Sequence record: NC_048053.1
DNA: 64,000 bases
Direction: 5' to 3' (one strand)
In this document: positions 57,273 to 64,000 of the stretch, in pieces
How positions within the stretch are numbered: position 1 is the first letter of the stretch
Layout: the number at the start of each line of letters is the position of its first letter
Notes under the pieces: generated by a model
The model's input: the letters and a program-made list of their open reading frames with translations, nothing else
Database searches by the model: none
What the model was told of the DNA's origin: nothing
Made by a program: the position numbers and the translations under genes

Positions 57273-58073
57273 ATGGCTAAAGCAAAGAAAACCTCTAACG
57301 TGGCAATGGAAACTCTGGCTAAAATGGCTGGCCTGCTGGTTGAAGCGGCTGCCGATGCAGAAGTTGCAGAACTTCTCTCCGAAGCTGGTCTGACTGTTGC
57401 CGCTAAAGGTAAAGGCAAAGCTAAAGCTAAAGCTGAACCGAAAGCAAAAGGCGGCAAGAAAAAGAAAGTGACTGCCGCACAAATCGTTGAAGCCATCGAA
57501 GATGGTGAGTCCATCGAACTCGAAGGCACTGACGAAAAAGTTCTGCGCGAGGCCGTGGTCAAAGCAAAACTGACCAGTAAGAAAAAAGCGGAGAGCCTCG
57601 ATGAAGAGGAACTGCTGGAACTGATTCAGGAAGCGTTTGGTTCGTCTGACGAAGATGAAGACGACGAAGACGAGGATGATTCTTATGAAGATGATTCCGA
57701 TGATGAAGACGGCGACGACGAAGACGACGAGGATGATGAAGACTCGGACGACGACGAAGACGGCGACGACGAAGACGACGAAGACGGCGACGACGAAGAC
57801 GACGAAGACGACGACGAAGACGACGAAGATGATGAGGACGACGAAGACGAGGACGAAGATGAAGATCGTGATCTGGAAGACCTCGACGAAGACGAACTCC
57901 GCGCGTTAGCCATCGAAGAAGGCGTGTTCACCAAAGCGCAGGCCAAAAAGAAAGATGAAGATGCACTCCGCGAAGCACTGGAAGCGCACTTCGCTGGTGA
58001 CGACGATGAAGACGAAGACGAAGACGACGAAGACTTCGACGACGAAGACGAAGACGACGAAGACGACGAGTAA
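57273..58073 (+). CDS. extremely acidic protein with two HeH-like modules (nucleoplasmin/chaperone-like composition)
   Basis: DEKVLREAVVKAKLTSKKKAESLDEEELLELIQ and DEDELRALAIEEGVFTKAQAKKKDEDALREALE, separated by ~65 D/E-rich residues. Confidence 0.75.
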   Translation: MAKAKKTSNVAMETLAKMAGLLVEAAADAEVAELLSEAGLTVAAKGKGKAKAKAEPKAKGGKKKKVTAAQIVEAIEDGESIELEGTDEKVLREAVVKAKLTSKKKAESLDEEELLELIQEAFGSSDEDEDDEDEDDSYEDDSDDEDGDDEDDEDDEDSDDDEDGDDEDDEDGDDEDDEDDDEDDEDDEDDEDEDEDEDRDLEDLDEDELRALAIEEGVFTKAQAKKKDEDALREALEAHFAGDDDEDEDEDDEDFDDEDEDDEDDE

Positions 58074-58244
58074 TTAATCATCGACGGCACGCCCCGCTAA
58101 GTTAAATGACGAGCGCGGGGCAAAAAATCTTCAAAGATTTTTGAAGAAAATTTTGTAGAAGTATGTTGAACATGCTAATGTACTTCTACGCAGAAAACGA
58201 ATTTCTGTTTTTCTCCACAACGAATTTTTATACTGAGGTATATC

Positions 58245-58766
58245 ATGACTAAGAAAGTTATTTCCGGCCTGAACAAACAAATCAAATCCATCGAAAAATC
58301 CGATGCCGCTCTGGTGAAGACCATCGAAGGTTTGCAGAAACAGCGTGAAAATCTGGCGTCTACCAAAGACGGTCTGAACGAACAGGTTGCTGCGCTGTCG
58401 GGCGAAGCTGCTCCGGTTAAAGGTAAAGCTAAGGCTGAACCGAAAGCTGCTAAAGGTAAAGCTAAAGCTGAACCGAAAGCTGCTAAAGGCAAAAAAGCTG
58501 CCGAAGAAAAACCGGCTAAAGTGAAAAAAGAAAAAGCCGCTAAAACTGAAAAGCCTGCTAAGGCTGACAAGAAAGCTGCGAAAGGCGAAGGCAAAAAAGC
58601 CAAAGCTGAAAAGCCTGCCAAAGCTGATAAGAAAGCTGCGAAAGGCGAAGGCAAAAAAGCCAAAGCTGAAAAGCCTGCTAAGGGCAAAAAAGTGAAAGGC
58701 GAAAAAGCCAGCAAGAAAAAAGGCAAAAACGCCGACGCAGGTTTTGAATTCGAACTGGACGATTAA
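58245..58766 (+). CDS. histone H1-like Lys/Ala-rich repeat protein (AlgP/Hc2-like composition)
   Basis: N-terminal coiled coil, then KGKAKAEPKAA x2 and EKPAKADKKAAKGEGKKAKA x2, ending in a short acidic tail FEFELDD. Confidence 0.7.
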   Translation: MTKKVISGLNKQIKSIEKSDAALVKTIEGLQKQRENLASTKDGLNEQVAALSGEAAPVKGKAKAEPKAAKGKAKAEPKAAKGKKAAEEKPAKVKKEKAAKTEKPAKADKKAAKGEGKKAKAEKPAKADKKAAKGEGKKAKAEKPAKGKKVKGEKASKKKGKNADAGFEFELDD

Positions 58767-58792
58767 TAGTTCCCTGCGCTGATTAAGTTGAT

Positions 58793-58826
58793 ACGGGTTA
58801 GGGATTTCTCCCTAGCCCGTTTTTCG
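58793..58826 (+). terminator. intrinsic terminator after the H1-like gene
   Basis: ACGGGTTAGGGA-TTTC-TCCCTAGCCCGT-TTTT. Confidence 0.85.
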
Positions 58827-58858
58827 TTTCTGACCGATTTTTCTCGATAGGTTTCTAA

Positions 58859-59200
58859 ATGGATCTTCACTCACGTTTCAAAAAACTTAACGATGATTTG
58901 CTCGAACTTCAAAATGCTGTTCATCGCGTAGTTCGTATCTCTCCAACAAAATTCGCCGTTTGTTTTTATGATCGTCATGAGCAATCGCTGCGAACCAACG
59001 TTATTGACTCTCGTTCAGCACACGAAATAAAACTCATTCAAGAAATGTCCGGTGCTGAGTTGCAGGCATACGGCAATTTCGTTTCTGCCATTCAGGAATG
59101 GTGTGAAGCTGAATCCCCCGGTGATTTTCCTATCACGTATGACAAAGCAGACTCTGACAGCTACCGCACGCTGATTGATGCTATGACCGTTCGGGAATAG
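58859..59200 (+). CDS. hypothetical protein
   Basis: ORF between a terminator and the topoisomerase promoter. Confidence 0.6.
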   Translation: MDLHSRFKKLNDDLLELQNAVHRVVRISPTKFAVCFYDRHEQSLRTNVIDSRSAHEIKLIQEMSGAELQAYGNFVSAIQEWCEAESPGDFPITYDKADSDSYRTLIDAMTVRE

Positions 59201-59201
59201 C

Positions 59202-59260
59202 AACTCTGCAAATCTGTGTCCAAAACGTCGATAGCTTATCTAATACTTTAGTGCTAGAAT
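59202..59260 (+). promoter_or_regulatory. box-type promoter of the topoisomerase operon (GCAAA 59208, -10 TAGAAT 59255)
   Basis: Member of the 10-copy family. Confidence 0.8.
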
Positions 59261-59319
59261 AGGCGGCGGGGAAGTCCGTATATGTAGACGTGTGAGGGAA
59301 TCACGTTCGGAGAAAAATC

Positions 59320-61395
59320 ATGGCAAAGAAAGCCGAAAAAATAACTGTTCTGAAAAAGAAACCTGTTTCTAAAGCAGTAGCGAAAGAAGTTAAGAGCAAG
59401 AAGAATGCTCAAGACGGATTCACCGCGCTTTCTGCTATGGAAGGGTTGCGTAAAAACGCTGGCATGTATCTCGGCGAACCGGGCGAGGACATGGCGTATC
59501 GTAGCGTTAAAGAAGTTGTAGATAACGCATACGATGAAGCAGTAGCAGGACGAAATAAATTAATCGAAGTCATCTTCAATGAAGACAAAGATATTTATAT
59601 CGTCGCTGATGGCGCTGGCGGTATTCCAACAACGCTGAAAAAACTTTATGACGGTACAACCGAAGCGATCATGACTTCCGCATTTACGCGTGTTCACGCT
59701 GGCGGTAAATTTGATAATGACGCATACAAAACTTCTGCGGGTACTCACGGTGTAGGTGTTACTGCCGTTAACGCCGTATCCGAAAGAATTCGTGTGTGGT
59801 CAAACTTCGATAAGAAAACAAAAGGCATGGAATATTCCAAAGGTGAGTGCGTAACTGCAATCAAGAATTGGGAAGTCGATGCCGATGTAATGAAGCTGCT
59901 ACAAGATCCGGCGAAGAAATACGGAACGATTGTTGCGTGGACACTTGATCAAACTGTTGTGAGTGTTGATGCGCGTCGTGGTAAGAAACTGCCGAAGGAT
60001 TACACTCACGCAAAACTTAATGTTGAGCGCACGCGTAATTGGCTGCAAGCAATGTCGGATCTTAATCCGGGATTGGAAATTCGCTTCACGCATATCAAAG
60101 ATAAAAAAGGTAAGCGTCAAGTTTTCCTGAATAAGAAAACTATGGGCGACGTTATCAAACGTATCGCCGAAGAACGCGAATTAGAACTGGACGGAAAGCC
60201 GTTTGAGTTGAAAACTGATTTCGTTAGTCTCGCGATCAGTTGGGCTGACTATCCGGATTCTGATCTTCTGCAAACGTTCGTCAACACATCGCCGACTATT
60301 GATCACGGTTGGCACGTAACAGGATTCCGTAGCGCACTGGAAGCCGCGCTTAAACCTTTCCTGCCTACACCGAAGAAAGGAAGCAAAGCAAAACCAAAAT
60401 CATTTACCGCCAGCGATTTGTTAGTTGGCGCGATTGGTATGTTCGACTGGCGAATGCACGGCGCACAATATACTTCGCAGGTGAAAGATAAACTTGCAAG
60501 TCGTGTTGAAAAAGAAGTTCAAGCGATTGTTGAAAAGCCGTTGACTGAATTCTTTGCTAAGAATAAATCTCTTGCGAAGAAAATCATTAAACGCGCAGAA
60601 GCAATGATGAAAGGTCGTGATGAATTGAGCGCTGTTATTCGTTCAATGGCAGACACGAAGAAGAAAGTTGCAGGTAACTCGCTTCCTTCTTTCCTCGAAG
60701 CTGCGCCTCGCTGTAAACCGTTTGAGCGTGAATTAGTTGTGGTGGAAGGTGATTCCGCTGGCGGTACTGGTAAGAACGCTCGCGATCCTTTCTATCAAGA
60801 AATCATGAAAGCAGGCGGTAAACCTCTTAACGGTTTGAAAGCTCCGCTGGCAAAAGTTCTTGTGCATAAACAGGTGCAAGGTTTGTTGGTGAGTATCGGC
60901 GCGGATTTAAAAACGCTCGATCCAAAAGCAGAAGCGCCAACGTTGAGCACGGAAAAATTGCGTATCGGCAATCTGTTGTTCCTCGCAGATGCTGACCCGG
61001 ATGGCAGTCACATTAACACGCTGTTCCTTGCTGTTATTTATCGACTGTTGCCGGATATGATGCGCGAAGGCCGTGTGTGGGTTGTTGATGCTCCGCTATA
61101 TAATGTGATGTACAAAGGCAAACACTATGGCGGCATGACGTTTGAAGAATGTCGTGCGATTGCACCTAGCGCGGTAAAAGATAGTGAGATCGTTCGTGCA
61201 AAAGGTTGGGGTGAAGTTAACCCTGATGTTCTGCGTGCGATTGCTTTCGATCCGGAAACGCGCCGACTCATTCGAATCAATCCGTTTGAGAATGCAGAGC
61301 AAGAACGTTTCTTCCGTGGTGTTGTTGCGGAGGATGCGATCTATCGCCGCCGTCTGTTAGGTCTGGTTGAAGTAAATGCAGGGGATGATGAATAA
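59320..61395 (+). CDS. gyrB: type IIA DNA topoisomerase, GyrB/ParE-like subunit
   Basis: [47 protein letters not shown], Toprim VEGDSA and [14 protein letters not shown]. Confidence 0.93.
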   Translation: MAKKAEKITVLKKKPVSKAVAKEVKSKKNAQDGFTALSAMEGLRKNAGMYLGEPGEDMAYRSVKEVVDNAYDEAVAGRNKLIEVIFNEDKDIYIVADGAGGIPTTLKKLYDGTTEAIMTSAFTRVHAGGKFDNDAYKTSAGTHGVGVTAVNAVSERIRVWSNFDKKTKGMEYSKGECVTAIKNWEVDADVMKLLQDPAKKYGTIVAWTLDQTVVSVDARRGKKLPKDYTHAKLNVERTRNWLQAMSDLNPGLEIRFTHIKDKKGKRQVFLNKKTMGDVIKRIAEERELELDGKPFELKTDFVSLAISWADYPDSDLLQTFVNTSPTIDHGWHVTGFRSALEAALKPFLPTPKKGSKAKPKSFTASDLLVGAIGMFDWRMHGAQYTSQVKDKLASRVEKEVQAIVEKPLTEFFAKNKSLAKKIIKRAEAMMKGRDELSAVIRSMADTKKKVAGNSLPSFLEAAPRCKPFERELVVVEGDSAGGTGKNARDPFYQEIMKAGGKPLNGLKAPLAKVLVHKQVQGLLVSIGADLKTLDPKAEAPTLSTEKLRIGNLLFLADADPDGSHINTLFLAVIYRLLPDMMREGRVWVVDAPLYNVMYKGKHYGGMTFEECRAIAPSAVKDSEIVRAKGWGEVNPDVLRAIAFDPETRRLIRINPFENAEQERFFRGVVAEDAIYRRRLLGLVEVNAGDDE

Positions 61396-63077
61396 TGGCA
61401 ACCATTAAGCCGAAGAAAAACGCGAAGCCAGAAAAAACGAAAGTTAAACCTGCTGCGAAATCGAAAGCCGTTGCGAAAAAATCAAAAGGCATTGAAGTTG
61501 CTGATATCAAGACGGGCAAAAAACTCAAGAAGAAAACTAATACTGCAATCAGCACTGTAGTAGAAAGTAAGTATCCGCTCAAAGGACAGAAGCAAGAAAA
61601 CATTCGCGATGAAGGTTTGGCTGCTTTTACTGAGCGTGAGTTGCGTAAGTACGGATCTTACGTTGTTGAAGATCGTGCCATTCCAGATTTTCGCGATGGG
61701 TTGAAACCTGTTCACCGTGCGATCATTTGGGCAATGTCAGATCTCAACCTGTTACCTTCTGGTGGGTATAAAAAGAGTGCGCGTGTTGTTGGTGATGCTC
61801 TCGGTAAATATCATCCTCATGGTGATAGCGCGTGTTATGGCGCAATGGTTACGGTCGCTAACACCGTGCCTCCTGCGGTAGACGGTCAGGGCAATTGGGG
61901 TACACCAACTGATCCGTTCGCTGCGATGCGTTATACCGAAGCAAAACAAAGTCGTTTCACGCAAATGTTTTTGCTGGATAAAAACTATTTGCAAGTTACA
62001 CCGATGGTAAGCAACTTCTCAAACGATATGAAGTTGCCGCTGCATCTTCCTGCGCTGCTGCCTTTCATGCTGTTTGCTGGCACCGTTCCCGCTCCGGCCT
62101 ATGGTGTGAAGTGTGGGAACCCAACGTTCACTTTTGCTAGTGTTGCGCGTGTTGTGATTGATATGCTTAACGGTGTTGAATACGATCACAAAAAACTCGC
62201 GAAGACGTTAGTTATTCAGCATGAGTTTGGTTGTAAAAATATTACTTCCAGTAGCGAAATGTTGAACCTGATGCGAACCGGGCGCGGCAAAGTAACATAC
62301 GAACCGGAAATGAAAATCGATCTGAAACGCAAAACGATTGTGATTCAGACTTTCGTTCCGCTCGGTTTCGCGTCGGAAGATGGCATTGAAAAAATGCTGA
62401 TGAAGTTCTCAACCATTCAGGGCGTATCAACTGCGCATTCTGTTGGCGGTGAGCGAAACCCGGACGCGGGAACTTATGGTTGTGCTGTTGAAGTTGTTGC
62501 TGCGCGTGGCGTCGATGAAGATCGATTCTACGAAATCGCGCAAGAAGTTCAAAAGCTAGTTACCAAATCTGTTTCGTATATTCTCGGTGTTACTGTTCGT
62601 CACGGCGACAAGCCGAACAGCTTTAAGTATCTCGATTATCTCTCATACTTCAAAGCATGGGTGACGTATCGCAAGAAACTTGAAGTGCGTATGCTGGATT
62701 GGTTGATAGCGCGTGCGCAAAAAGAACTTCACTTACAGGAGGTTTATTTATTCGCGGTAGAGAACAAAGACAAGTTGCTTAAAGCACTGCCTAAAGTTCT
62801 GTCCTCGAAGACTCCAGATGAAGCTCTTGCAAAAGCAATCAAACTCCCGGTTGAAGATGCAAAAATAATTTTGGATCGTCAAGTGCGTAAGTTGGCAACA
62901 CTTGAAAAAGCCGATCTGGTTGCGAAGATTAAAGCGTTGAAAGCAGATATCGCAGGCTGGCAGAAAGGGCTGAAAGCTCCGGGCAAGTATGCAGCGAAAG
63001 ACACCGAAGATCGTGTTGTTCGTTACTTGAAAAATCCGGATGCTAATAAGCCTAAACTCGGCTACGGAAAACTGTAA
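61395..63077 (+). CDS. gyrA: type IIA DNA topoisomerase, GyrA/ParC-like subunit lacking the C-terminal beta-pinwheel
   Basis: [46 protein letters not shown] (catalytic Tyr). Confidence 0.93.
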   Translation: MATIKPKKNAKPEKTKVKPAAKSKAVAKKSKGIEVADIKTGKKLKKKTNTAISTVVESKYPLKGQKQENIRDEGLAAFTERELRKYGSYVVEDRAIPDFRDGLKPVHRAIIWAMSDLNLLPSGGYKKSARVVGDALGKYHPHGDSACYGAMVTVANTVPPAVDGQGNWGTPTDPFAAMRYTEAKQSRFTQMFLLDKNYLQVTPMVSNFSNDMKLPLHLPALLPFMLFAGTVPAPAYGVKCGNPTFTFASVARVVIDMLNGVEYDHKKLAKTLVIQHEFGCKNITSSSEMLNLMRTGRGKVTYEPEMKIDLKRKTIVIQTFVPLGFASEDGIEKMLMKFSTIQGVSTAHSVGGERNPDAGTYGCAVEVVAARGVDEDRFYEIAQEVQKLVTKSVSYILGVTVRHGDKPNSFKYLDYLSYFKAWVTYRKKLEVRMLDWLIARAQKELHLQEVYLFAVENKDKLLKALPKVLSSKTPDEALAKAIKLPVEDAKIILDRQVRKLATLEKADLVAKIKALKADIAGWQKGLKAPGKYAAKDTEDRVVRYLKNPDANKPKLGYGKL

Positions 63078-63158
63078 ATACTAATTGGGATCTGTAGACT
63101 AGGAATATTCCTAATACTGTAAATAATAGTAATTAGGAACTGTAAACAGATCCCTTTT
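63070..63158 (+). promoter_or_regulatory. CTGTA(A/G)A array with nested inverted repeats
   Basis: Copies at 63072, 63092, 63117, 63140. GGGATCTGT...ACAGATCCC inverted repeat. Confidence 0.6.
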
Positions 63159-63226
63159 CCGCATATCAATGTTCTGATATGCTTAGAGTCAAAGACGGCT
63201 CTCACTCTCGTTACGAGGTTATTTGA

Positions 63227-64000
63227 ATGAACTCTCCAGTTGTTGCACTACGCAACCGTATTGATGATGTTGTTGAAGCATTAACTCTCATCAAGAATGG
63301 CTCCCTGTTGAAGCGCTCCGATGTTGTCGGTGCGTTGCATGAAGCTGATGTTGAATCAGCAAAGGTTGTCAAAGAGGTGCGTAGTAGTGTCTATAAATCC
63401 TATCCTGATGTGCTCGAATGTAAAAGCGGATTCACTGCCGCGCTTACAACCTGCGTATCGCTGGCGGGAATGCTGAAATCAAAATCAATTTCACGTCCTG
63501 CTTTCTTGAAGAAAATTTCTTCGGTACTCGAAAATCTGCGCGGTATTCGCATCGACGTTGAGCGTGCGTTAACCTATCTGCCGGAAGACGAGAACAGCGA
63601 TGTAGAAGACCGGGCAATCTCTCGACGTGAAGCGCGTGAGCGTGCGGCATCGTCAAAAACTTCCCGACTGTTAGAACAAATGCACGCGAAATATTCGCAC
63701 AAAGTTCCGACCAAACTGAAAGGCGCGATCTATCTGACCACGCTTCCTCTTATGGCACGGTTTGGAACGTTTTCGATGAATCCGGACAATCTCTCAAAGC
63801 TCGGCTTTAAAGTTCACAACGCTGGCCTGCATTCGGCTCCTAGTTCCGATCTTGGAATCGTGCTAGAAGAACAGCTTGTGATGTTTTTTCGCATGAGCGA
63901 CGCGCTAGAGAATTCAGAAGAGACTTCGAAGAAATTTAAATCAGGCGGCGTAAACAAAGAGCGAACTGATTTGCAGAAACGACGCAATTCAGAACGCCGT
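63227..64000 (+). CDS. hypothetical protein, truncated by the window end
   Basis: GAGGT Shine-Dalgarno, ATG 63227 (MNSPVVALRNRIDD...), open to the end of the window. Confidence 0.65.
   Translation, partial: MNSPVVALRNRIDDVVEALTLIKNGSLLKRSDVVGALHEADVESAKVVKEVRSSVYKSYPDVLECKSGFTAALTTCVSLAGMLKSKSISRPAFLKKISSVLENLRGIRIDVERALTYLPEDENSDVEDRAISRREARERAASSKTSRLLEQMHAKYSHKVPTKLKGAIYLTTLPLMARFGTFSMNPDNLSKLGFKVHNAGLHSAPSSDLGIVLEEQLVMFFRMSDALENSEETSKKFKSGGVNKERTDLQKRRNSERR

Overview
64 kb segment of a large (jumbo-type) lytic dsDNA bacteriophage genome. An enterobacterial host is likely (YbiI-like TraR/DksA gene, enterobacterial-type Shine-Dalgarno sites and sigma70-like promoters). Essentially all real genes are on the + strand. 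I saw no virion structural genes, tRNAs, CRISPR arrays or IS elements. Recognisable genes: an Acb1/T4 57B-like 2H phosphoesterase, a sigma-factor-like protein, a putative SSB, RecA/UvsX, two DNA methyltransferases, a GNAT-like protein, Tpt1/KptA, YbiI/TraR, UvsE, dUTPase, an SLT transglycosylase, an HD hydrolase and a two-subunit type IIA topoisomerase. Three unexplained features stand out. (1) Ten copies of a rigidly spaced bipartite upstream box (GCAAA-N4-TGTCC(A/G)AAA) sit 47 bp before a -10-like hexamer. (2) A second motif, CTGTAAA(T/C)A, lies before replication and nucleoid genes and forms tandem arrays. (3) At least ten acidic proteins carry Rho-N/HeH-like helical modules, and one of them is encoded next to a histone-H1-like Lys/Ala repeat protein and the topoisomerase, suggesting a phage chromatin or condensate system. 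The overall style recalls Y3/JA11-like jumbo myoviruses, but that placement is from memory and unverified. All family calls are motif-based, made by eye, with no database search.
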